Positions 28,004 through 35,867 of a stretch of 64,000 nucleotides of DNA are shown one piece after another (positions within the stretch are counted from its first letter, which is position 1; each line of letters begins with the position of its first letter). Source of the stretch: Candidatus Levyibacteriota bacterium. Its GTDB lineage: Bacteria > Patescibacteriota > Microgenomatia > Levybacterales > UBA12049. The translations under genes and the position numbers were made by a program. Where the stretch lies: assembly GCA_016204465.1 (NCBI GenBank), contig JACQKQ010000012.1:16769-80768 (forward strand), given 5' to 3'. A model generated the notes under the pieces. That model saw only the letters and a list, made by a program, of their open reading frames with translations, searched no databases and was not told the origin of the DNA.

Positions 28004-28079
28004 ATATCAAATTTCAAATATCAAATTTCAAATATCAAACCATTAGAAATTAGAAATTGGAAATTAGAAATTAGAAATT
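28004..28079 (+). repeat. Two 5 x 7-nt heptamer arrays (ATATCAA/ATTTCAA, then AGAAATT/GGAAATT) in the rpsD leader
   Basis: Arrays at 28004-28038 and 28045-28079. AATTTC words of the first array are complementary to GAAATT words of the second. Confidence 0.85.
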
Positions 28080-28100
28080 CCATAGATTGGAGGGTAATCT

Positions 28101-28691
28101 ATGGGTAGGTATACAGGACCAAAACACAGAATAGCAAGACGCGAAGGGGTAAATTTGCTCGACAAGCAGTCGGGATCTCTTTTACGGCGGCTTAATATTC
28201 CACCGGGAGTCCATGGTAAAAAGCGAAAAAGGGCATTGTCAGAATTTGGTGTCCAGCTGCGAGAAAAACAAAAAGCAAAAGCAATATACGGTCTTCTGGA
28301 AAAGCAGTTTAAACGACTTGTAACCTCTGTTCAGAAGAAAAAAGGCGAAACAGGCGAAATGCTTATCGCGCTTTTAGAGACCCGGCTTGATAATCTTCTC
28401 TACCGTCTTGGACTTGCAAAGACGCGCTTTCAGGCAAGACAGTTTGTTACGCATGGACACGTCTTGGTAAATGGAAAAAAAGTTTCTATCCCTTCATACC
28501 AGGTGAATGTTGGTGATGAGATTGCTTTATCGCCTCATATGCAGGAAAAAGTTGTTCTAGAAAAAGAGCAGGCTTTTTTACCTTTTGTTGTCCAAGAAGG
28601 CGGTAAGGGAAAACTGCTTCATATGCCAAAACGCGAAGAAGTCCAGGTTCCGTTCGATACGCAGTTGATTATTGAATATTATTCAAGATAG
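28101..28691 (+). CDS. rpsD: 30S ribosomal protein S4
   Basis: MGRYTGPKHRIARREG... and an S4 RNA-binding domain (RLDNLLYRLGLA). GGAGGG SD sequence upstream. Confidence 0.95.
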   Translation: MGRYTGPKHRIARREGVNLLDKQSGSLLRRLNIPPGVHGKKRKRALSEFGVQLREKQKAKAIYGLLEKQFKRLVTSVQKKKGETGEMLIALLETRLDNLLYRLGLAKTRFQARQFVTHGHVLVNGKKVSIPSYQVNVGDEIALSPHMQEKVVLEKEQAFLPFVVQEGGKGKLLHMPKREEVQVPFDTQLIIEYYSR

Positions 28692-28733
28692 TGATATAAT
28701 ACTTTCTTCTGCTTTGTTAGGAGTAGATGTTTT

Positions 28734-29660
28734 ATGATCGAGCCGAATTTTAAGATAAAAGAAGAAAAAATTACCGATGGTTATGGTAAGTTTGGCATAG
28801 AACCACTTGAGCCGGGATATGGACATACTATCGGTAATGCGCTTCGTAGAGTTCTGCTTACATCTATTCAGGGATTTGCTGTGACATCTGTGAAAATTGC
28901 CGGAGTAAAACACCGCTTCTCTGCCATTGCGGGGGTTAAAGAAAATGTTGTTGATCTTCTTTTGAACATTAAAGGTTTGCATATTAATCTTGCCGATTCG
29001 AAAACAGAAGCAACAGCGCGAATTGATGCAAAAGGTCCGAAAGAAGTTACCGCAGCAGATATTGAAGTATCCGACGGGGTTGAAATTGTAAATCAAGATC
29101 ACTATCTTTGCGCTTTATCAGATAAAAAGGCAAGACTTGAGATGGAATTAACGATTGAAAGAGGTTTTGGATACGCGCTTGCTGAGGATCGAAAAGGAGG
29201 TTCTGTGGGTGTTATTCCAACAGATGCGATTTTTTCTCCAATCCATCGTGTCAACTACAATGTTGAGGCAACTCGTGTTGGACGACAGACAAACCTTGAT
29301 AAGCTTGTATTGGAGGTATGGACAAACGGAACTATTTCTCCAAGTGACGCAGTTACTCAAGCAGCAAAGATACTCTCATCGTACTTTTTGCAAATCTATG
29401 AACCAAAGATTTCGGTGTTACCAACGGAAAGCGTTGCAATTAACCCTTCAGTTTCAGAAGATCTTCTTAAAGTTACTATTGACGAACTAGATTTACCAAC
29501 CCGAATTTACAATAGCCTGCGAAATGGCGGCGTTGAAACCATAGGCCAGCTTCTAGGAACAACAAAGAGAGACCTTATGGCTATGCGTAACATGGGAGGA
29601 AAGTCAATTGCAATCATAGAAGAAAAGCTGCGGGAAAAGGGAATATCACTTACAGTGTAA
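28734..29660 (+). CDS. rpoA: DNA-directed RNA polymerase subunit alpha
   Basis: GYGHTIGNALRRVLL N-terminal domain and a C-terminal domain with LDLPTRIYNSL. Confidence 0.95.
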   Translation: MIEPNFKIKEEKITDGYGKFGIEPLEPGYGHTIGNALRRVLLTSIQGFAVTSVKIAGVKHRFSAIAGVKENVVDLLLNIKGLHINLADSKTEATARIDAKGPKEVTAADIEVSDGVEIVNQDHYLCALSDKKARLEMELTIERGFGYALAEDRKGGSVGVIPTDAIFSPIHRVNYNVEATRVGRQTNLDKLVLEVWTNGTISPSDAVTQAAKILSSYFLQIYEPKISVLPTESVAINPSVSEDLLKVTIDELDLPTRIYNSLRNGGVETIGQLLGTTKRDLMAMRNMGGKSIAIIEEKLREKGISLTV

Positions 29661-29733
29661 TACGAATGTATGCGAATGATCGATTATTCGAATTGATTCG
29701 AATACTTCAAATTCGTATGAATTCGTATTTTTT
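29661..29733 (+). repeat. CGAAT/ATTCG palindromic repeat cluster between rpoA and rplQ
   Basis: TACGAAT, GCGAAT, then ATTCG x4, ending ATTCGTATGAATTCGTATTTTTT. Confidence 0.8.
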
Positions 29734-29735
29734 AT

Positions 29736-30233
29736 ATGAGGAAGCGGGTTTTTGGAAGACAATTTAAACGAGATACAAATGAGCGTAAAGCCTTGTTTAA
29801 GGGTCTTATGAGTTCATTGGTGCTAAACGAGCGAATAACAACAACAATTGAGAAGGCAAAAGCAATCCGTCCTAAGCTTGAGAAACTCGTGACAAAAGCA
29901 AAAAAGGGAAACGGAGCTTCGTACCGCATAATCGTTCCATACCTTACCGCTTCAGCTATAAAAAAATTTATGGGCGAAGTTGCGCCTCGGTTTATAAATC
30001 GTCCGGGAGGCTACACGCGAATCATCCGTGTTGGAAACAGAATTAAAGATAATGCGCAAATGGCAATAATGGAATGGACGGAAAAGCCTGCAGCCATTGA
30101 ACACACTGTCAAAAAAACAGTTCGCACTACAAAAAACAGTGGTAAACAGCCCGTCTTGACGCGAGGCAGGCGGTCGCAAGACGGTGCAAAGACAGTGGTT
30201 GCAAGAAAACCGATAATTCGAAAAGCAAAGTAA
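29736..30233 (+). CDS. rplQ: 50S ribosomal protein L17 (basic C-terminal extension)
   Basis: GRQFKRDTNERKALFKGL...GGYTRI core plus about 50 extra residues. Confidence 0.9.
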   Translation: MRKRVFGRQFKRDTNERKALFKGLMSSLVLNERITTTIEKAKAIRPKLEKLVTKAKKGNGASYRIIVPYLTASAIKKFMGEVAPRFINRPGGYTRIIRVGNRIKDNAQMAIMEWTEKPAAIEHTVKKTVRTTKNSGKQPVLTRGRRSQDGAKTVVARKPIIRKAK

Positions 30234-30234
30234 C

Positions 30235-30660
30235 ATGCAAACACTCTCAACACGATCAACAAAAGCAAGTTCCATCAAACGAGTCTGGCACCTTATTGAT
30301 GTTAAAGACAAGGTGTTGGGTAGAGTAGCAACAGGAATTGCGAAACTGCTTATGGGGAAAGCAAAGCCGTATTTTGTACGGCATCTTGACTGCGGGGACT
30401 ATGTTATTATTATCAATGCCAAACACATTAAGGTTACGGGTAAGAAAGAATCAGATAAAAAATATTTTACCTATTCTGGTTTTCCAGGTGGACTTCATGT
30501 GCGCACGCTCGCAAACTTTCGTTTGCAAAAACCAGAAGAAATTATTGTGCATGCGGTAAAAGGTATGCTTCCACAAAATAAATTGCGAGACCGCATGCTT
30601 TCTAGACTTTTTGTATTTCCAGAAGCAGAACATCCATACCAAGATAAAATAAAAAATTAA
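30235..30660 (+). CDS. rplM: 50S ribosomal protein L13
   Basis: WHLIDVKDKVLGRVAT...YFTYSGFPGG. Confidence 0.94.
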   Translation: MQTLSTRSTKASSIKRVWHLIDVKDKVLGRVATGIAKLLMGKAKPYFVRHLDCGDYVIIINAKHIKVTGKKESDKKYFTYSGFPGGLHVRTLANFRLQKPEEIIVHAVKGMLPQNKLRDRMLSRLFVFPEAEHPYQDKIKN

Positions 30661-30669
30661 AGATCAAAA

Positions 30670-31074
30670 ATGAAAAAAGACTATATTTTTGCCGTTGGTC
30701 GAAAAAAAGAATCTTCCGCGAGAGTCAGACTGTATCCAAGCGGTGAAAAAGGGGTAATAACGGTTAACGGCCAGCCGATTGAGACCTATTTTCCGGGAAA
30801 TGTTGCAAAAGCACAATACATGGCGCCTTTTTTTCTTACAAAGACAAATGATGTATTCATGGTAACAGTTAAAGTTGCTGGGGGAGGCAAGAGTGGGCAG
30901 CTATCTGCAGTAACGCACGGTATCGCTCGGGCACTAGCATTGTATAGCAAAGATGCATTTCGGCCAATTTTGAAGCTCCATGGACTACTTACACGGGATG
31001 CTCGTGTTAGAGAACGTCGCAAGGTAGGAACAGGCGGAAAAGCACGGCGCCAAAAACAGTCGCCAAAGCGGTAA
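30670..31074 (+). CDS. rpsI: 30S ribosomal protein S9
   Basis: GRKKESSARVRL...GGGKSGQ...LTRDARVRERRKVG...KRQKQSPKR. Confidence 0.95.
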   Translation: MKKDYIFAVGRKKESSARVRLYPSGEKGVITVNGQPIETYFPGNVAKAQYMAPFFLTKTNDVFMVTVKVAGGGKSGQLSAVTHGIARALALYSKDAFRPILKLHGLLTRDARVRERRKVGTGGKARRQKQSPKR

Positions 31075-31081
31075 AAAACCT

Positions 31082-31753
31082 ATGGATAAAAGCGTTTTTA
31101 CGCTTGTCTTCGGTTTCCTTCTTGGCGTTAAGCACGCATTTGAAACAGATCACATTATAGCGGTTTCAAATATCCTTGCCGAACAGAAGAGTTCTCTGAA
31201 AGCTGCATTGGTAGGCACTTTTTGGGGTATCGGGCACACGACAACCATTTTTGTAATTGGCGTTTTTGTTCTTTTGTTAAGAATATCTATTACGGCAGAA
31301 ATTAGCAATCTATTGGAATTTGGCGTTGGGATTATGCTTGTGTTTATTGGAATACAAAACATTGTACAAGGAAGAGTTATGTTCCATACTCACCCTCATA
31401 CGCACGAGGGCAAATCACACACGCACGCGCACCCACATGTTAGAGAAAAAACGCTTCATGCACACCACAAGTCATTTATTATTGGCATAATACATGGGCT
31501 TGCAGGCAGCGGCGCGTTGATGCTGTTGGTGCTTTCAACGATTTCTTCTCCTTTGCAAGGAATGTACTATATTGCCGTTTTTGGCATCGGATCAATTTTG
31601 GGGATGACCATATCAAGTTTTATCCTTGGAACCCCTTTTGTTTACGGTGTTAACAAGTTTCCTAATATAGAAAAATATATCCGTATTACTGCCGGAACCG
31701 TAAGCCTGCTTTTTGGTATTTTTTTACTAATCAATAGGATTTATTTTTCCTAG
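31082..31753 (+). CDS. NiCoT-like (HoxN/NixA-type) nickel/cobalt transporter family membrane protein
   Basis: KHAFETDHI matches the HX4DH signature of NiCoT TM2. His-rich loop HTHPHTHEGKSHTHAHPH and multiple TM helices. Confidence 0.55.
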   Translation: MDKSVFTLVFGFLLGVKHAFETDHIIAVSNILAEQKSSLKAALVGTFWGIGHTTTIFVIGVFVLLLRISITAEISNLLEFGVGIMLVFIGIQNIVQGRVMFHTHPHTHEGKSHTHAHPHVREKTLHAHHKSFIIGIIHGLAGSGALMLLVLSTISSPLQGMYYIAVFGIGSILGMTISSFILGTPFVYGVNKFPNIEKYIRITAGTVSLLFGIFLLINRIYFS

Positions 31754-32212
31754 CGCTTCAATGTCCTTTTTGAGGATTTCGGTTGGCACTTTCGCCGGAT
31801 CAAGACCCTCTTTGAGCAAGAGCATTAAACCTAAGATGAGAGATCGTGCTTTCGTTGCCTCACTCTTTTTGAGAAACTTGATAACAATTGGTTCTCCCGG
31901 ATATCCATCTGGTACGAGCTTGAACGTGGCAAAAAGGGGCGAACATTCTATAGCAACGTCTTTAATCATTTTTATCATAATACTGTGCGTGTGAGCTGAA
32001 AAGAAAAACTGCCGAATAATCAAATTGACCTTATTTTCATCAATAATAATTTCATCCGGAAAAAAGTCAAAAGGGAACACAGCCGAAATTTTGAGTAAAA
32101 CCTTCTCGGTTCGCGCAACCAGTGCTTGCAGTTTTCGTTCCTCTCCATTCCTTTCTGGCGGGCCATTGTCTCGCACGTGCTCTTTTTGAAAAAATGTGTG
32201 TTTGTCTGCCAT
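31727..32212 (-). CDS. Hypothetical protein (161 aa)
   Basis: Clean ORF with no motif I can name. Its 3' end overlaps the convergent transporter gene by 27 nt. Confidence 0.45.
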   Translation of the reverse strand: MADKHTFFQKEHVRDNGPPERNGEERKLQALVARTEKVLLKISAVFPFDFFPDEIIIDENKVNLIIRQFFFSAHTHSIMIKMIKDVAIECSPLFATFKLVPDGYPGEPIVIKFLKKSEATKARSLILGLMLLLKEGLDPAKVPTEILKKDIEALGKINPID

Positions 32213-32546
32213 AGCCGTTAGACCTTACACAAGTAGTATGAAAATGGAGTAATGAATCAACAAAAAAGCGGTAAGAGGTATATAAAACCCCGCAAGAAGC
32301 CTTTTGGAGAAAAGATTCATTACTGTCTTACCCCCGTTCTGTTTTAAGATATCTCTATCGTACGGAGCGGGGCGTGTTTGTCAAGAAGCTGTTTAAGAAG
32401 TCGGTAAGAAATAGAAAGCTTGCGGGTCTAGTGAATTTAGCCGACCTTTTTAAAAAATCTGGATTCCGCAGACTTCCAAACGTTAGGGAGCCAATCGGCC
32501 AATTTCCACCCCTCCAGAGGCGGACATGCATTCTGGCCAATCCTAT

Positions 32547-33380
32547 CTATTTCTCGATCAGTTTTTTATTTTGTGGTTCGGTCAGGTAGTTTTTTCTTGT
32601 TGAGACTTTCTTACCGGATTCCTTTTCGAGCTTCTGTCTTGCTTCTCCGGCAATTCTGCCCCCTTTTTGCGCAGCAGTTTTATTTTCTGTAAATCCTTTT
32701 GTATTTCTATTTCTGGTAATTTCCGTAGTAGATGCTTCCCCAAGCATAGAGAAAATCAATTCCAAATCATTCATGTGATCTCGTAGATTTTCTCTTTTTA
32801 ATTTCTTGAACTTTTTATATTGGCTTGGGGTCATCCCAAAAGTAGCTTTGGAAATTTCAGCAGTTAAAATGGCATATTCTCTATCTCCACCAACATCTCT
32901 ATTTTTCCATTCGTTGGTTAGCTGTTCTCTAACTTGGATACCTCGCATTCTTTTTTCAATCCAATCATCAGAATATCCTTTGGCTTTGTACAAAGCTCTT
33001 GTCCTTTTGGTGGCTAGTTCCGGGTCTTCTATTTCCTGTATCCTTTCATAACCAACTCTTGCTAACCATCGTTTAAATGGTTCTGCTTTAGGAGATGGAA
33101 TAGTTTGGATAATTCGAAATATAGTTTCAGTATTAGCACAATCTGTTTCTCTTAACTTTCCGTCAGGAGCTTCTAATTTCAACTGTCCGATTTTTTCGGA
33201 CACTTCAGCGTAACCTTCTTTGACAAGCTTTTTCTTTAAGTCATTCCAGTACTTTCGGGGTCTATCGGTTTCGGTTAATACCTCAACAACATCAATAACT
33301 GAAAACCACCATTCGCTTTTGTATATGATTTTTCTGATTCCCTTGCCTTTGAAGACTGCAATTTTGGTAGTTTCTTCCAT
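32547..33380 (-). CDS. Bro-N domain protein (DinD-like / phage antirepressor-like)
   Basis: The N-terminal IRKIIYKSEWWFSVIDVVEVL pattern is typical of Bro-N. The helical Lys/Arg-rich C-terminal half resembles proteins annotated as DNA-damage-inducible protein D. Confidence 0.7.
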   Translation of the reverse strand: MEETTKIAVFKGKGIRKIIYKSEWWFSVIDVVEVLTETDRPRKYWNDLKKKLVKEGYAEVSEKIGQLKLEAPDGKLRETDCANTETIFRIIQTIPSPKAEPFKRWLARVGYERIQEIEDPELATKRTRALYKAKGYSDDWIEKRMRGIQVREQLTNEWKNRDVGGDREYAILTAEISKATFGMTPSQYKKFKKLKRENLRDHMNDLELIFSMLGEASTTEITRNRNTKGFTENKTAAQKGGRIAGEARQKLEKESGKKVSTRKNYLTEPQNKKLIEK

Positions 33381-33477
33381 GCCTTAATTTGTATCAGGTT
33401 TTGTCATTCTTTGCAATTAAAATTTTCGTATTAGCGTTGTAGCATAGTACAACGATAGAAGGGTACAATGATAAAAT

Positions 33478-33661
33478 TTAGAATGGTAATAAGTCAGAGG
33501 CTGAAACTTTTAGTGCTTTTGCAATTTTATAAAGGTTCTGATAGTTGGATTTCTTTTTCCTCTTTCAATAAACCTAACCTTCCATCCGCTTCGCGGATTC
33601 ACTTTCTGTCGAGTTATATCGAAAAATTCGAACTCGTTTTCTCTCTAATTAATCGACGCAT
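33478..33661 (-). pseudogene. Frameshifted XRE-family helix-turn-helix regulator remnant
   Basis: Minus-strand hand translation gives MRRLIREK in one frame, FIERGKRNPTIRTFIKL in a second, and AKALKVSASDLLPF-stop in a third. Together these form an XRE HTH signature broken by two frameshifts. Confidence 0.6.
33584..33598. repeat. GC hairpin ATCCGC-TTC-GCGGAT (inside the HTH pseudogene)
   Basis: Perfect 6-bp inverted repeat. Related hairpins: GGCCGC-TTT-GCGGCC near 33679-33693 and TTCTGC-GAA-GCAGAA at 35937-35951. Confidence 0.7.
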
Positions 33662-33752
33662 CGTATCGTTCTCCGCTCGGCCGCTTTGCGGCCTCGCTCT
33701 ATGCATTTTTTGCAAAGACAGAAGACAAGTGCGCGAGATTTTTATTATTATA

Positions 33753-33769
33753 GTCCGCCTTTGGCGGAC
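33753..33769. repeat. GC hairpin GTCCGCC-TTT-GGCGGAC
   Basis: Perfect 7-bp inverted repeat. The same arms recur at 63929-63944, and a degenerate copy lies at 26105-26120. Confidence 0.75.
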
Positions 33770-33822
33770 AGAAATACAAAAACAATTTAATGTTTTCTTT
33801 GCCCACCCCCTTCCCAGGAGTT

Positions 33823-33845
33823 TACCCTGAGTTTACCGAAGGGCG
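33823..33845 (+). repeat. CTGAG-N5-CGAAG hairpin repeat, copy a
   Basis: TACCCTGAGTTTACCGAAGGGCG. Shares its loop and flank consensus with copies at 35793 and 35845. Confidence 0.65.
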
Positions 33846-33982
33846 AAAACTTATTACTCCCTTATTATACAGAAAATTTAGAAAGGGTCAAAGCAATCGG
33901 CCAAAATGGTGGAAACTGGCTAATTTTACTAAAACTTCTTTATTGAGAATATGGTAAACCATATTGATGTATACTAAAATTA

Positions 33983-35449
33983 ATGACTAAATGGCCTTTA
34001 ATATTGGCAGTGCTTTTTGCTTGTTTACAAATTGCACCCGTAATGCTTATCTTCTCGTTCCTAATTGGAGTGGCACATTTTGGATTTGTAAGCGGATCAG
34101 TTGCGACTCCTCTAAGTTGGATTAGTTATTTCATATTTACAGTTCCGGCAATGGTGGCTTTTGCCGCATATCGAATTAGAGCTGTTGTTCAAAAAAGAAC
34201 AGATCGTAATCTCACTATAGAACAATCCCTGGTAGTAGTTTTACCAGCAATAGTTAGCATTCATATAGCAGAAGCGATCATTACTTTATACCAATTTGGA
34301 GATGATACTACTACATTTATTACAGCTTTATTATTTGCAATATTATCTACCATAATTCTCACTTATTTATTAAGCAACCCCTCCACCAGAGAAGTATTCT
34401 GGCCTACTCCTATTGCCCAGAATATAAAGAAGATTAGAATTTGGATTACAGTAATTACTCTTTTTCTTCTATGTGCTTCTTTTCCTGCTCAAATCTGGCT
34501 TACTGAGTATTCCTACTATATTGGTATTACTAGTCTTCCTCCTAGTAAGTTATTTCCAATATTTCCAATATTACTACTACCATTTTTTGTATTTTTTGCA
34601 AAATATTTAGCTACTAAATTGGCTGAACGAAACCTCAAAGCTTTGTTGTTGACAACGGTAATCGTAGTTATTTTAAGTTTAATAACTGCTGGCTCTTTGG
34701 CTATTCTTTTACCAAAGGATATACCTCAAGAGCTTTCTGAAATTGCAGATAAACATTTTATAAGTGGTAATTACGATAAAGCAATCGCAAGATATGAGCG
34801 AATACTAAAAGAATATCCTGACTTTGCTAAAAAGAACCCTAATATTCAATCTCGTCTTGGTCTAAGCTATTTAGCTGAAGCCCAGCCATATATAGATGCG
34901 TATAACAATGGTAAGGGAGATATCTATTTTGACTTATCAACAGAATTTCTCAATAAGGCAATTAGTATCTATCCTCAGAATTTAAAAGCTTACATTGAAT
35001 TGGGAGTTGTGTACAGTGAACACGGCGATAAATCTCTAGCGATAGAGACTTATAGAAAAGGGTTGGAGTTGGATCTTTCTTCAAAAGATCCTAAAGATGT
35101 AGGCATGATCTATGAAAACTTTGGGTTGGCTTATTACGATACTAACCAGTTAGATAATGCTATTGATTCTTTTAGAAAAGCAATACAATATGATCCAAAA
35201 CAGCAAACAATCTATATCAATTTGGGAGCCACTTATGACAAGAAAAAAATGTTTGATGAATCAATAAAACAATACACGATAGCATTACAGATAAATCCGA
35301 ATGATGCTTTGGCTCACAATAACTTGGGCTATGCGCTTGCCCAAAAAGGAAATATAAATGATTCAATTGCAGAATTTAATAAAGCATTGGAAATTGATCC
35401 TAACTTAAAAATTGCCAAAGAAAATCTGGGGCGTTATAAGAACAAGTAG
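33983..35449 (+). CDS. Polytopic membrane protein with C-terminal TPR repeats
   Basis: About 230 aa of TM helices, then at least 5 TPR-like repeats (GNYDKAIARYERILK..., AYIELGVVY..., LAHNNLGYALAQKGN...). Confidence 0.75.
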   Translation: MTKWPLILAVLFACLQIAPVMLIFSFLIGVAHFGFVSGSVATPLSWISYFIFTVPAMVAFAAYRIRAVVQKRTDRNLTIEQSLVVVLPAIVSIHIAEAIITLYQFGDDTTTFITALLFAILSTIILTYLLSNPSTREVFWPTPIAQNIKKIRIWITVITLFLLCASFPAQIWLTEYSYYIGITSLPPSKLFPIFPILLLPFFVFFAKYLATKLAERNLKALLLTTVIVVILSLITAGSLAILLPKDIPQELSEIADKHFISGNYDKAIARYERILKEYPDFAKKNPNIQSRLGLSYLAEAQPYIDAYNNGKGDIYFDLSTEFLNKAISIYPQNLKAYIELGVVYSEHGDKSLAIETYRKGLELDLSSKDPKDVGMIYENFGLAYYDTNQLDNAIDSFRKAIQYDPKQQTIYINLGATYDKKKMFDESIKQYTIALQINPNDALAHNNLGYALAQKGNINDSIAEFNKALEIDPNLKIAKENLGRYKNK

Positions 35450-35493
35450 TTATTAATTAAAGTTCTTTAAAATTTTTGCGTTTGGGGTATATT

Positions 35494-35748
35494 CTATAAA
35501 ATTGGCTTGCCGAATTTGATAAGGTTTTCTTTCTTTTCTCTGCGCCAGCCCTTAATTTGTTTCTCGCGTCTTCTAGCTTCCAAAAGGGTAGAAAAATGTT
35601 CTGAGTAAACAAGGACGAACGTTTTGTTTCGTTTTGTAAACTCTGCCCCGTCTCCTCTTTGATGTCTTGAAATGCGTTTATTAAAATTGTTCGTTACTCC
35701 AACATAAAGATGGTTTTTGGGGCCACGAAAGAAATAAACAGTAAACAT
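35494..35748 (-). CDS. GIY-YIG nuclease superfamily protein (small UPF0213/YhbQ-like)
   Basis: FTVYFFRGPKNHLYVGVTNNFNKRISRH...EARRREKQIKGWRREKK is a GIY-YIG core. Confidence 0.85.
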   Translation of the reverse strand: MFTVYFFRGPKNHLYVGVTNNFNKRISRHQRGDGAEFTKRNKTFVLVYSEHFSTLLEARRREKQIKGWRREKKENLIKFGKPIL

Positions 35749-35792
35749 TTTTTTGCCCTTCAGTAGACTCACCTTTCGATTTTACTCAAGGT

Positions 35793-35815
35793 GATCCTGA
35801 GTCCATCGAAGGATC
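35793..35815 (+). repeat. CTGAG-N5-CGAAG hairpin repeat, copy b
   Basis: GATCCT-GAGTCCATCGA-AGGATC with a 6-bp stem. Confidence 0.75.
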
Positions 35816-35844
35816 AGGGCTCTTCGTCTGCGCATATCGTCGGA

Positions 35845-35867
35845 GACTCTGAGCTTGTCGAAGAGTC
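35845..35867 (+). repeat. CTGAG-N5-CGAAG hairpin repeat, copy c (abuts the tRNA-Pro 3' end)
   Basis: GACTCT-GAGCTTGTCGA-AGAGTC. The stem differs from copy b by two compensatory base-pair changes. Confidence 0.75.

Noticed and set aside
28004-28079. Possible CRISPR array among the short tandem repeats
   Set aside because: The units are 7 nt and directly abutting, with no unique spacers and no cas genes in the window. These are microsatellite-like arrays, not CRISPR.
32355-32589. Two mutually antisense short ORFs (61 and 71 aa)
   Set aside because: Neither has an SD sequence or a recognisable motif, and they overlap each other almost completely. The region is treated as non-coding.
33468-33830. 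120-aa plus-strand ORF between the Bro-N gene and the TPR gene
   Set aside because: The sequence is low-complexity and implausible, and it lies antisense to a recognisable frameshifted XRE HTH remnant and across several hairpin repeats.
32492-33904. 11-mer CAATCGGCCAA present on both sides of the Bro-N cassette (32492-32502 and 33894-33904) as possible target-site duplication
   Set aside because: Hundreds of exact 11-mer coincidences are expected by chance among all position pairs in 64 kb. The flanks do not extend the match, and no transposase is present. It is recorded only as a weak curiosity.
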